A DNA stretch of 64,000 bases from Chiloscyllium plagiosum. Taxonomy: Eukaryota. Position numbers and translations under genes: made by a program. Positions 11,921 through 24,862 of the stretch are shown here, piece by piece (within the stretch, counting starts at the first letter, position 1; every line of letters begins with the position of its first letter). The DNA is taken from the NCBI RefSeq assembly GCF_004010195.1, contig NC_057749.1, forward strand, positions 25,472,669 through 25,536,668, in the 5' to 3' direction. The notes under the pieces were generated by a model. It ran no database searches. It was not told the origin of the DNA and saw only the letters and a program-made list of their open reading frames with translations.

Positions 11921-13666
11921 TTACCTTTTTTAAATTCATTTACAGGAGGTGGCTATCACTGGCTAGGCCAATACTTATTGCCCATCCCTAATTGCCAAGA
12001 GGACAGTTAACACAGTGGGTCTAGAGTCACAGGTAGACCAGAGCATGCAAGGATAGCAGTTTCCTTCCCTAAAGGGCATTGATGAACCAGGTTGGTTTTT
12101 CCAACAATCGATTCATGCTCATCGTTAGACTCCTAATTCCAGATATTTCAAGAATTTAGATTCCACCATCTGCCGTGGCAGGATTTGAATCCAGGTCCCC
12201 AGACATTACTCGGATCTCTAGATTAACATTGCAGTGATAATACTAGTAGGCCATCACCTCCCTCTTTAATAGTTTTAATCAAGAGCACATTTGAAAGAGA
12301 CTGGGTGATGTGCAGTTCATGGACCTATGTAAAACTCATAACTCGCGACTCATTTTATGTTTAGGATCAATATATTATTACTGTTCATTTGTCACAGAAG
12401 TAATATTAAAATATTTCTGATATGTAATGTAACTGCCTCTTAAAAATAAATCTTCATTCTTCTTTATGGGACAGTGTGATGAAAGCTGTGTGATTTATTT
12501 GTATTTGAATATGATTTATTTTACAGCTGGAATTTAGCTAGTGACATGTGGGTTTTTGTCTGTGTGTCTGAAGGGGTTCGATGAATAACTTGTTACGTAG
12601 CCATGGTGATTTATTTTAGAAACAGTAAAAGTGAAAGAATTCCTGATGTGTAACGGGATCTTCTTTTCATTGGGAGAGTTTGTCAATGGACAAAGAATAC
12701 AGTTGTGCATTTGGTTTTCCATTTGGAAGGTAAGAGATTGATTTGTTTCTCTTTTGATTAGAGGAAAGCCTTCACAACTTGGGGAACAAAAAGTCTTTCA
12801 TTTTCAGTTTGGGAGATTTTGCAAAGGTTGTGGATGAATCTGTATGTGTTAAACAATTGTTCCTGTGAAAGAGAGATCATTTAGAATTGTTAAGAAAGAG
12901 GTTATTTCAGTACAAGGAATTTACTTTCATAGTCTCCAAACAGGAGTGTTCAGTTAAAATCCTGAAGGTTTTATAAGAAGCTGTGAAAGTTAACTTCATT
13001 GAATGAAGGCTCCAATAAAAAGCCAAGAGATTCTCAAGATTGGGAATTGAAGTTATTGTTAAAGAGGTTTCGAAGCAATTTAGAAATGATCTCTGAGTGT
13101 GCAAATAGGTGACAGATACGGTATGAATTTATTTGTAAAAACAGGATGGCAGAGTGTTATTTAAATGGGGATAGATTGAGAATATTGATATACAAAGGTG
13201 TCCTTGTGCATAGTTCATTGAAAGCAAGCATACAGGTGCAGCATGTTTTAAAATGGTAAATGGACTGCTGGTCTTCATTGTATGAGGGTTTGAATACAGG
13301 AGCAAGGACATTTTATGGGTATTGCACAGGGCCCTTGGAGGGACCCCAATGAATTGAGTACAGTTTTGGTTTCCTTAAGAAAAGATATACCTGCTACACA
13401 TGGAGTGCCATGAAGATTCCCAAGACTGATTAGGATGACAAGTTTGCTATACCAGGAGAGATTGGGTTATCTGAGCCTGTATTCACTGAAGTGTGGAAAC
13501 AACATTCCCTATTGCAAAATTCTCACACTTATTTAGAATTCATGATTTTGATCCTTGCAATCCATTCTTTCTGTACAGCCCTCTTGCAATTCTGGCCTCT
13601 GATGCATCTTCAGTCTTCATCACTCTGCCACTAGTGATCATGTTTCCATCTGTGACACCCTAAGAA

Positions 13667-13988
13667 TTAGAATCCCTACAGTGTCGGAACAGGCCATTTG
13701 GCCCAACAAGTCCACACCACCCCGCAGATGTGTAACCCACCCAGACCCATTCCCCTACATTTGCCCTTGACTCATGCACCTAGCCTACACATCCTTGGAC
13801 ACTATGAGCCTATTCACCCTAAACTGCACAACTTCGGATTGTGGGAGGAAACCGGAGCACCCAATGAAATCCACGCAGACACGGGGAGAATGTGCAAACT
13901 CCACTCAGCAAGTCGCCTGAGGCTAGAATTGATCCCGGGTCCCTGGTGCTGTGAGGCAGTAGTGCTAACCACTGAGCCACCATGGCGC
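13667..13988 (-). mobile_element. V-SINE (HE1-like)
   Basis: Same family features. Confidence 0.85.
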
Positions 13989-15081
13989 CTTATGCTATAA
14001 GCAGTTTTATTACACCTCTCTGACCCTTCCTTCATGCAAGTCCTTAAAAGCCACCTTTTGGATAAAGCTTTTAACTGTCTAATATCATCTTATGTAGCTA
14101 CAATCAATATTTAGAGAGTCATAGCATCATTGAGTCATACAGCATGGAAATGAACTTTTCTGTCCAACCAATCCATGACGACCATAATCCCAAACTAAAC
14201 TAACCCCACCTTGGCCCACATCCCTCCAAGTCTTCCTTATTCATGTACTTAACCAAATGTCTTTTAAATGTTGCATCTGCCACTTCCTGGGAGTTCATTC
14301 CCCACTCGTAAAAAAATTGGCCTTCATGTGATTTTTAAATTTTTCTCCTCTCACCTTAAAAATACACCATTTAGTCTTAGAATTCCCCCCCCCCCCCCCC
14401 TAGGGAAAAGAGACCTGCCATCCATTTTATCTATACCCCTCGTTATTTTATAAACCTCAACCTCAACCTCCTTCGCTCCTGTGAAAAAAGTCCCAGCCTA
14501 ATATCCTTCCTGGACAGAACTGGACCCAGTATTCCAGAAGAGGCCTCACTAACCTTTAAAATCTCAACATGACATTCCAACTCAGATACACAAAGGTCTG
14601 TGCAATGAAGGCAAGCATACTGTCTTCTTATCGACCCTGTGTTGCAAACTTCAAAGAATTATGTATCTGAACTCTTAGGTCTCGCTGTCCTACAACACTA
14701 AAGTTTAACATTACTCCTGTGAAGTACATTATGGTACACTAAAGGTATTAAACAAAGACCAGTTGTTATTGAAGCTAATATTTTAGATTAAGCCTCTCTG
14801 TGCCATCTACTATCCATTTCCCTCTATGTGATCAAATGAGTTGTTGCCCAAACCACAAATGTCTCTAATCCTTCCTTATGTTGCATGTATCTGAAACCGA
14901 TGCTGAGCCACATTTCTACCCTGTCTCCACTGCTTGACCATCTCTCTGCATGTCACAAACCAGAATTAATATAATACTCAAGAGCCTGAATTTTCCCAGT
15001 AATCAGCTCAGTGGCAATATTGGAGAGTTTCTTGGAGGGATTCCCTCTGTTATTGTTTTTCTCTCAATGTTACACTGCTCA

Positions 15082-15398
15082 TGATTAGATTAGATTAGAT
15101 TCCCTACAGTGGGGAAACAGGCCCTTCGGCCCAACCAGTCCACACCAACCCTCCGAACAGTAACCCACCCAGACCCACTTCCCTCTGGCTAATGCACCTA
15201 ACACTATGGGCAATTTAGCACGGCCAATTCACCTGACCCACACATCTTTGGAGTGTGGGAGGAAACCGGAGCACCCGGAGGAAATCCACGCAGACACGGG
15301 GAGAATGTGCAAGTTCCACATAGACAGTCACCCAAGGCTGGAATCGAACCTGGGACCCTGGTGCTGTGAGGCAGCAGTGCTAACCACTGAGCCGACAT
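15082..15398 (-). mobile_element. V-SINE (HE1-like)
   Basis: Same family features; attag-repeat tail. Confidence 0.9.
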
Positions 15399-15699
15399 GA
15401 AAGTTTGCAGAGGATATTGACAAGGACATCACTGGGTCATGATGGTTTGAATGATAGGGAGATGCTTACCACCTGGAGGGAGCTCAGTCGCGGAGGCAGC
15501 GGAGACAACAGCAGTGGCTGGGGGTCTCAGGGCGGGGACTTTGGCATTCGGCTGCGAGACAGTTGGCGTGCCCAGAGAGAACACTGGCATCGTGGAAGTG
15601 GCTGGGTGACGGAGCGGCACCAGAGCTGGACTCTGGCAGCCTGTGACTGGTGAACCTGGGCAGAAGTCAGCATGAGGAGGCAGCAGCAAGGCACGAGGA

Positions 15700-17920
15700 T
15701 TGAGAGATCAAACCCAGCGGAGGGAGAGAGATTGAGCCCAGTGCAGGGAGAGAGAGAGAGAGAGAGATAGGGGCCAGGCCGGGCAGAGAGAAATCGAGCC
15801 CAGTGCGGGGTGAGAGAGAGATTGAGCCCATCGTGGGGAGAGAGCGAGAGATTGAACCCAGCACGGGAAGATGGATTGAGCCCAGTGCGAAGAAAGAGAG
15901 AGATCGGGCCCAGTGCAGGGAGAGAAAAATCGAACCTAGCATGGGGAAAGAGATTGACCCCAGCGCGGGGAGGTAGAGATCGAGCCCAGTGTGGGGAGAC
16001 AGAGATGGAGCGCAGTGCAGGAAGAGAGAGAGATTTGGCCCAGTGCAGGGAGAGAGAGAGAGATCAAGCCCAGTGTGGGGAGAGATAGAGATCAGGCCCA
16101 GTGCGGTGAGAGAGAGAGAGAGAGATGAAGCCCACCACGGGGCGAAAGAGAGATCAAGCCCACCACGGAGAGAGAGAAAGATTGAACTCAGTGCGGGGAG
16201 AGAGAGATCGAGTCAGTGCGGGGAGAGAGAGAGATTGAGCCCAGTGCAGGGAGAGAGAGATCGAGTCAGTGTGGGGAGAGAGAGATCGAGCCCAGTGTGG
16301 GGAGAGAGGAATCAAGCCCAGTGTGGGGTGAGAGCGAGAGAGATTGGGCCCAGCGCAGGGAGAGATCGAGCCCAGTGCGGGGAGTGTGAGACAGAGTCAG
16401 TGTGGAGAGAGAGAGAGATCGAGCCCAGTGTGAGGAGAGTGAGATAGAGTCAGTGTGGGGAGAGAGAGAGATCGAGCCCAGCGTGAGGAGAGAGAGATAT
16501 CGAGTCAGTGCAGGGAAAGAGAGAGTTGAGTCAGTGAGGGGAGAGAGAGATGGAGCCCAGTGCGGGGAAAGAGAGAGATCAAGCCCAGCAAAGGGAGAGA
16601 GAAAGATCGAGCCCAGTGTGGGGAGAGAGGAATCAAGCTCAGTGTGGGGTGAGAGCGAGAGAGATTGGGCCCAGCGCAGGGAGAGATCGAGCCCAGTGCG
16701 GGGAGTGTGAGACAGAGTCAGTGTGGAGAGAGAGAGAGATCGAGCCCAGTGTGAGGAGAGNNNNNNNNNNNNNNNNNNNNNNNNNNNNNNNNNNNNNNNN
16801 NNNNNNNNNNNNNNNNNNNNNNNNNNNNNNNNNNNNNNNNNNNNNNNNNNNNNNNNNNNNNNNNNNNNNNNNNNNNNNNNNNNNNNNNNNNNNNNNNNNN
16901 NNNNNNNNNNNNNNNNNNNNNNNNNNNNNNNNNNNNNNNNNNNNNNNNNNNNNNNNNNNNNNNNNNNNNNNNNNNNNNNNNNNNNNNNNNNNNNNNNNNN
17001 NNNNNNNNNNNNNNNNNNNNNNNNNNNNNNNNNNNNNNNNNNNNNNNNNNNNNNNNNNNNNNNNNNNNNNNNNNNNNNNNNNNNNNNNNNNNNNNNNNNN
17101 NNNNNNNNNNNNNNNNNNNNNNNNNNNNNNNNNNNNNNNNNNNNNNNNNNNNNNNNNNNNNNNNNNNNNNNNNNNNNNNNNNNNNNNNNNNNNNNNNNNN
17201 NNNNNNGGAGAGATCGAGCCCAGTGTGGGAGGAGAAATCAAGCCCAGTGTAGGGGGAGAGATCGAGCCCAGTGTGGGAGGAGAAATCGAGCCCAGTGTGG
17301 GGGGAGTTTGAGCCTAGCGTGGGAAGAGAGAGATCGAGCCCAGCGTGGGGAGAGAGAGATCAAGCCCAATGCAGGGAGAGAGAGATCGGGTCCGTGCGGG
17401 GAGAGAGAGATCGAGCCCAGTGCAGTGAGAGAGAGAGATCGAGCCCAGTGGGGGGAGAGAGAGAGATCGAGCCCAGTGTGGGGAGAGTGAGATTGAGCCC
17501 AGCGTGGGGAGAGAGAAAGATCGAGTCAGTGCAGGGAAAGAGAGAGATTGAGTCAGTGCGGGGAGAGAGAGATGGAGCCCAGTGCGGGGAAAGAGTGAGA
17601 TCAAGCCCAGTGTGGGGAGAGAGTGATAGAGAGATCGGGTCCAGCGCAGGAACAGAGAGATCGAGCCCAATGTAGGGAGAGTGAGATTGAGCCCAGTGCG
17701 GGGAGAGAGAGATCGAGCCCAGTGTGGGGAGAGAGTGATAGAGAGATCGGGCCCAGCGCAGGAACAGAGAGATCGAGCCCAGTGCAGGGAGAGTGAGATA
17801 GAGTCAGTGTGTGGAGAGAGAGTGAGAGAGAGAGATTGGGCCCAGCGCAGGGAGATTGAGATCGAGCCCAGTGCAGGGAGAGAGAGATTGGGTCCAGTGC
17901 GGGGGGGGAGAGATCGAGCC
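15700..17920 (+). repeat. Complex satellite, unit ATCGAGCCCAGTG(C/T)GGG(GA)n, about 24-34 bp
   Basis: Directly visible; contains N gap 16761-17206. Confidence 0.95.
16761..17206. other. Assembly gap (N)
   Basis: Run of N. Confidence 1.
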
Positions 17921-18851
17921 GTTATGTGGGAAGCTCAGTGGAGAGCAATTGCAGACCCATGGCTAAAGAAGGACTGTAAATCATAACATTTAATTTATTC
18001 CTTATTGACTACTTTACACTGAGCTGTCGTGCTGAAATTTTAACTTATTCCTTTATTTTTCTACATTTACCTAAGATTTTGCACTCCTGTATCACTGTAC
18101 TTGAGCGCACGTGACAATGAAAACTAATTCTAACCATTCAGAACATTAAGTTAAGGGGTGCTCAGCATTACTCTCATTTCCAATTCTTAAACTTTTGTTT
18201 CTTCCCTGGCTCCTCCTTCACTGTTGTATCAGCAAATGATTTTTTTTCTGTGTTGTGTTTATCTCCCGATCTGTGGTTATCTTTTCTCATGGTCTGACTT
18301 TTTGATCATTTTTTTGACTTACTGTGGCCCTCCTTCACAAAGTTCTTCCCCAGAAAACCAGAAAATGTAGGATCAGAAGCAGGTGATTCAGCCCATTGAG
18401 TCTATTCTAAAATTTAGGATCAGAAGCAGGCCATTCAGCCCATTGAATCTGTTCTGCCATACGATGGAATCTTGGTGAACCTGATGATCCTCACCTCTAC
18501 TTTCCTGCCTTTCCCCTTAACAAACCATTCCCTTACTGATCAGAAATCTTCCCATCTCAGCCTTGAAGATACCTAATGAACTGTCGCAGATTCCCTGCCC
18601 TCTGGGAAGAGAAATGCCTCCTAATCTCTGACTCTGAGATTATAACCTCTGGTCCTAGACTCTCCCACAACATCTTTCCACGTCTGCTCAGTCTAGTCCT
18701 CGAAGAATCTTGTATGTATCTGTTCTCCAGCTAGCAGTTGCAAAGGCTCTTTCATGTTAGATTTAAGCTTTATGGTTTTAAAGTTTCTGCAGTATCCAAC
18801 AACAACCTGTATTTATGTAGTACAGCCAGCAAAACCTCACAAGGTTTACAA

Positions 18852-19078
18852 AAACTAAAAGAACTGTGGATTCTATCAATCAGAGAAAAAAATAGAAATT
18901 ACTGGAAAAGCTCAGCAGGTCTGGCAGCATGTGTGGAGAGAAATCAGAGTTAACATTTTGGATGGCGTGACCCTTTCTCCAGTTCTGAGGAAGGGTCACT
19001 TGACCTGAAACGTTAATTCTGATTTCTCTCCACAAATACTGTGGGACCTGCTGAGCTTTTCCAGCAATTTCTATCTTT
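18852..19078. mobile_element. PLE-derived foldback element, family B
   Basis: atagaaattactggaaaagctcagcaggtc ... gacctgctgagcttttccagcaatttctat inverted arms. Confidence 0.8.
18981..19018 (+). ncRNA. Minimal hammerhead ribozyme motif (hairpin-element family B)
   Basis: AGTT-CTGAGGA-A-GGGTC-ACTT-GACCT-GAA-ACGT-T-AATT; stems I and II pair, with G-U wobbles. Confidence 0.72.
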
Positions 19079-19091
19079 CTATCATGAGGTT

Positions 19092-19623
19092 TGTAGTGAT
19101 TGTAATGAGGTCAGCCAGCTGAACCTCATAGAATATGAGTTCCCTGATTGGGGCTATTAATCTGATCCAGTCAGGGAGCTCTGGCTGACAAATAAAAGGT
19201 CAAGATTAGAGTGGTGCTGGAAAAGCACAGCAGGTCAGGCAGCATCCGAGGAGCAGGATAATCGACCATTTGGGCAAAAGCCCTTCATCAGGAATGAGGC
19301 TGGGAGCCTTAGGGGTGGAGAAATAAATAGTTGTTTATCTCTCTACCCCCGAGGCTCCCTGCCTCATTCCTGATGAAGGGCTTTTACCCAAAACGTCGAT
19401 TATCCTGCTCCTCGGATGCTGCCTGACCTGCTGGGCTTTTCCAGCACCACTCTAATCTCCAGCATCTGCATTACCTATCTCTAACATATAAAAAGGGTGA
19501 GTGTCAGAGATATTGATACTCTGTACCTGACTCTGTATGAGGCAGTATAGTTAAGGACTGTTCATGTGTAAATAAAGGGTGACTTAGTGACTGTAGGGTA
19601 GTGGCCTTTGTGGAGTTATTTCA
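19092..19623 (+). mobile_element. Solo LTR with 5-bp TSD AGGTT
   Basis: TGTAGTG...TTATTTCA termini; TATAAAA and AATAAA inside; AGGTT at 19087-19091 and 19624-19628. Confidence 0.85.
19198..19480. mobile_element. PLE-derived foldback element, family A, inserted in a solo LTR
   Basis: Near-perfect inverted arms of about 125 bp around a short spacer near 19328-19333. Confidence 0.85.
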
Positions 19624-21180
19624 AGGTTCTTTACTGGGGCATTTCAAATACGAATTAACAAAGGCCAGTCTGATGCTAGGTCACACAGGGAGATGTTAGA
19701 GCAGAAGTGTGCTCAATAAGGTAGACTCACCGAGCATCCAAAAAGCGACAGTGAGTTAGAGAGGTTTAGGGTTGGACTTTCAGAGCTTAGAGCCCTGATA
19801 GCTGAAGGTGTGTCCGCTAAAGATGGAGCGATTAATACCAGGGATGTGCAAAAAGAGGGTCAGCAGACAATGGAGCAATTTGAAAATAGGAATGCAAACT
19901 TCAAAACTGAGATGCTGCTGAACTGTGAGCCAATCTAGATCAGCGAGGACAGGAACGGTCAGTCAGTGGAAACAGGGTGAGTTGGGACATCGGCAGCAGA
20001 ATTCTAGATGTCCTGAAGGTTCCAAAGGGTGGAATGTGAGAAACTAGTCAGACTCGTTTTAAAGGCTTATCTTCCTCTTCTGAAGACCTGTTGGAGAAAT
20101 TCTTTAGGACTAGAATTAGGTTTTATTATCATGTGTACTCACCTAAAGGGATACAGGAGTACAGTAAAAAGTGTACAGAGTAACCATTCCCAGCACAACC
20201 TTTGGCACAAAAGTACTAAAATCTGAGATAGAGAATAGAAAAAAATATAAATTTAGGAGTTCAACATTACACTCCTTATAAAATAGAAAAATAAAGAAAT
20301 AAAGTTACAAGTTTAACATTACACACCTTAAAAGCTGAGCCATGCTGGCCTCACAGTCCCCACAAGGGCTCAATTACTTTTAGCCATGTCATCATTTGGC
20401 AGTTTTATTATATTAAAATATAATAATAATATAATACGATATAATATAATATTAAATCTTGAAGACTCTGACTTCCCAAAATTCTGTCCATTTTTACAAT
20501 TCTGTGGTCGGTAATCCATAGCGATGTTTTTATTCCCTGTATTTTGTTGAGATCCTTTTTTACGAAACAGCAAATCAAGGTGAACTCTGCTCAGTTTTTT
20601 TTCCTCTCTGATGTATTTTTCATAAACTACCTTCGGAACACTTTTAGCAATTCCGTTCTGAGAATGGTTACTCCACTGCAGAAATTCCTGTACTTCTAAA
20701 CTCCTCACATCTCTCAGGTACATTCTAAAAGCAGATTGCTATGTGTGGGAGCTGCTGTCATAGTCAGGTAGACAGCACAATTATTTTGCATGTTGCAGGA
20801 TCTTACAAAGAACATTTGAAAGGATTTGCTACTACTGGGGTTACTACTGCATTTGATATGAGCTGATTTATTGTTGTCACATGTACCTGGGTGCAGTGAA
20901 AAGTTTTGTTTTGCGTGCAGTGCAGGCAGATCTTACCATACAAAGTGCATTAGTGTAATAGAACAGAGCAAGGGATACAATGTTCAGGCTACAGAGAAGG
21001 TGCACAGAGAGCAGGATCAACATTGGATTTAAAATTTGAGCGGTCCATTCAGAAATCTAACAACAGCAGGGAAGAAGCTGTTCTTGAATCTATTGGTACA
21101 TGTGTATTAGGCTTTTGTATCTTCTGTCTGACAGGAGAGTTTGGAAGAGATTATAACTGAGGTGGGAGGAGTCTTTGATC

Positions 21181-21484
21181 ATAGATTCCCTACAGTGTGG
21201 AAACAGGCCCTTCGGTCCATTAAGTCCACACCGACCCTCTGAAGAGCAAACCATCCAACCCATTCCCCTATATTTTACCCCTGACTAATGCACCTAACCA
21301 ACACATCCCTGATTACTGTGGGCAATTTAGCATGGCCAATTCACCTAACCTGCACATCTTTGGATTGTGGGAGGAAACCGGAGCACGCGAAGGAAGCCCA
21401 TGCAAACTCCACACAGAAAGTCGCCTGAGGCTGGAATCGAACCCAGATCCCAGGCACAGTGAGGCAGAAGCGCTAACCACTGAA
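21181..21484 (-). mobile_element. V-SINE (HE1-like)
   Basis: Same family features. Confidence 0.85.
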
Positions 21485-22433
21485 GTTGGCTGCCTTTCTG
21501 AGGCAGCGAGAAGTGTAGATGGAGTCAATGGGTGGAAGGTTGGTTTGCGTGATGGACTGGGCTATGCTCACAACTCCCTCTAGTTTCTTACAGTCCTGAG
21601 CAGAGCCATGGCAAGCCGTGATACATCCGGATAGACTGTTTTCTATGGCGCATCTATAAAGATTGATGAGTCTTAATGGACATACCGAATTTTATTAGCC
21701 TCCTTGTTGTGCTAAGAGATACCAACCAATGACATGATATAAAGGTCTCAGAACTGTGGGCTATAATCTCCTTGTTTAATCAAATCTCAAGGACAGGAGA
21801 TGACCTAGTGGTATTATCCTCAGACTATTAATCCAGAGGCTCAGCTAATGTTCTGGGGACCTGAATTTAATAGAAATCTTGAATTAAGAGTATAATGATG
21901 ACCATGAATCGATTGTCAGGGAAAAAAAACCCAACTGGTTCACTATTGCTCACACATGTTTCCAGACCCACAGCAAATGTGGTTGACGCTTAATTGCCTC
22001 TGGGCAATTGGGAGAGGGCCAGAAAATGCTGGTGCATCCAGCGATGCTTACATGCTATGAATGAATAAATTGGCCGCTACCTTCCGAAAGTATTCTGCAC
22101 CACACTGTAACCAACTGAGCTTATGGAATCCCTGTTAGCCCAATACTTGGGCGCAAGGGCAAAATGGGGCAAAATTGGATCCATACCCAAGTCTAACTTT
22201 CAGGTTGTGTTTGAGGTGGAACCATCAAGCCAGTCTGCTTTTGTTCAGAGATGAGCATTGGCTGAGTCTGGGAGAATTCCTGTTTTTCTTAATGTGCACC
22301 ATTGCAAGATTTTTTGAAACAGTAAAAGCAGACCTGAGATTGTCCACTATGTGTCATCTATAAGCAAGCACGCCTGGTAATGTAGCAGTATGTAAGGACG
22401 GCCTGTGTGTGTGGCTGTCAAAAAGCGTGTGCT

Positions 22434-23809
22434 TCTGGAACCATAGGCGGCCCCTTATTAAGCTGAAGAAGCTACAGCTTCCACAGGCAAGGGGTGGATT
22501 GGACTTCCCAGATTTTAGGAAATATCAATTAAGTTCCCTATTAAGTTATATAGCTGATTGGGTCTTGTCTGATCCACAATCAATCTGGTTGGACATCGAG
22601 GCTTCTCAAGTAAAATACCCACTTATTAACCTTTTATTCTCAGACAAGAGGAAAATCACTACANNNNNNNNNNNNNNNNNNNNNNNNNNNNNNNNNNNNN
22701 NNNNNNNNNNNNNNNNNNNNNNNNNNNNNNNNCTATGTTATTAGATAGTCTTTATAAATCCGATAGAGAATGTAGTGTCCTACGACCAGTGGGGGTATCT
22801 TCCGTCAGTAATATTTATCATTTGGTACATGATGAAGTATCGGGAGATATGGATAATCTGCTTAAAACATGGGATCAGGATTTGGGACTAGAAATCTCTA
22901 TAGAAACGTGGAATGATATTTGGGAAAATGCTAGAAGAATTACTATTTGTAACAGAACCCAGGCTATCCAGCTGAAGATACTTCATAGGGCCCATATAGC
23001 ACCGGTTCGATTGGCAAAATTTAAGGCAGGAGCATCTCCAATGTGTCCTAAATGCAAAATAGAGGTGGGCACTCTTGTATATTGCTTATGGACCTGTCAT
23101 AAGATCCGTGGATATTGGACTAAAGTAGCAAGTACCCTGATAGAAATTTTAGGAACGGAAATTAAAGTGGACCCCGTATCTCTCCTCTTGGGCTTTTCGA
23201 ACTTTCCCTCCCTGGACACGTATGGGAAGAGACTATTTTCTATTCTTTCTTTCTGTGCAAGGAAAAATATTTTGGTAAACTGGGTGGCTGAGGGCCCCCC
23301 TGGACTTTCAAATTGGCACAGACTAATTATGGAATGTATTCCCCTTGACTTCCTTACAAATATGGTGCACCGAAAGACCGAATTATTTTATAAAATATGG
23401 CAGCCCTTTTTGAATTACATAAATACAGATATTTCGGCTATCCTAACAAGGGCTTTTATTTAATTGAGACTACGAACCTGGCTGGTCCGCGGCCCCTCGG
23501 GGGAGGAAATCCCGCACGAATACGGGTTTATCATATCTGATGTTAACACATCCCGAGCATGTAAGAGACTTAAATATACACCCTGGTTAGTTGTAGGTTA
23601 GATTAGTAGATAGTTGAGTTTTGTTTGTTTGTGGGTTTTTTTTTCTTTTTTTTTCGTTTTTTTTTGTTTTGTTTTTTTTTCTTTTTTGTCAAATTTTGGT
23701 TATTGTATATTTGAGCTAATTGTATATCAATGTTTATATCTGAGAGTTGTTTATTTTTGTAAACTTGTAAAAATGTTAAATTTCTAATAAAAATATCTAT
23801 AAAAAAAAA
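22434..23809 (+). mobile_element. 5'-truncated L1-clade LINE (ORF2 C-terminus intact, AATAAA, poly-A), 14-bp TSD
   Basis: ORF2 motifs FWN...KLQLP..RGGLDFPDF..Y, KILHRAH..P and CPKC...CLWTC; stop at 23463; AATAAA at 23786; TSD AAAAAGCGTGTGCT at 22420-22433 and 23805-23818. Confidence 0.92.
22664..22732. other. Assembly gap (N) within L1
   Basis: Run of N. Confidence 1.
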
Positions 23810-24015
23810 GCGTGTGCTGGAAAAGCACAGCAGGTCAGGCAGCATCCGGGGAGCAGAAAAGTCGACGTTTAGAGCATAAGCCCTCCCCTCATTCCTGATG
23901 AAGGACTTATGCTTGAAACGTCAACTCTCCTGCTCCTTGGCTGCTGCCTGACCTGCTGTGCTTTTCCAGCACTGCACTTTTTGACTCTTATCTCCAGCAT
24001 CTGCAGTCCTCCTTT
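23810..24015. mobile_element. PLE-derived foldback element, family A (host of the L1 insertion)
   Basis: Inverted arms with a degenerate hammerhead at 23891-23926. Confidence 0.75.
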
Positions 24016-24127
24016 TCTTCCTGTATGTGTGGCTTCAAACCAAAGCTTAAATAAGAATTCCAGAGTCATAATTCATAAATACACAAATCAGAAATTATAA
24101 ATATAATTCTATTTATATAATTATAAA

Positions 24128-24862
24128 TAACAGAAGCACAAGATTCTCTGCGTGTAATTGCAGTGCATTGAGTACAGAAGTTGGGTGGTCATGTTGCAGC
24201 TGTGTAGGCCACTATTAGAATAGTGTGCTCAGTTCTGGTCTCCTTCCTATCAGAAGAATGTTGCAAAACCTGAAAGGGTACAGCAAAGATTTTCAAGGAT
24301 GTTGCCCGGTTTGGAGGGTTTGAGCTATAAGAAGATGCTGAATAGGCTGGGACAGTTTTCCCTGGAGCATCAGAGGCTGAGGAGGTTACCTTATAGAAGT
24401 TTATGAAATCATGAGGGGCATAGATTGGGTAAATAGCCAGTGTCCTTTTCCCTTAAACAAAAACAGAGATTGCTGGAAAGGCTCAGCAGGTCTGACAGCA
24501 TCTGTGGCGAGAATTCAGAGTTAATGTTTCGGGTTGAGTGACCCTTTTCCCTGAGATGGGGATGTCCAAAACCAGAGGGCATAGGTTAAGGGTGAGGGTG
24601 GAAAGATTTAAAAGGGACCTAAGGGGCAACCTTTTCATGCAGAGTGGGGTGCGGGTATGGAATGAGCTGCTAGAGGAAGTGATGGATACTGGTACAATTA
24701 CAACATTTAAAAGGTATCTGGATGGGTACATGAATAGGCAGGATTTAGAGGGATATGGGCTAAATGCTGGCAAGTAGGACTAGATTAATTTTGGATATCT
24801 GGTCAGCATGGATGAGTTGGACTGAAGGGTCTATTTCCGTGTTGGACAGCTCTATGATTCTA
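24128..24862 (+). mobile_element. CR1 LINE 3' fragment containing a family-B PLE terminal insert (about 24454-24542)
   Basis: CR1 ORF2 motifs; insert flanked by CCTTTTCCCT at 24444 and 24543. Confidence 0.8.

Noticed and set aside
15667..17986. Multiple Arg/Glu-rich ORFs
   Set aside because: Translations of a GA-rich satellite, partly running through N gaps.
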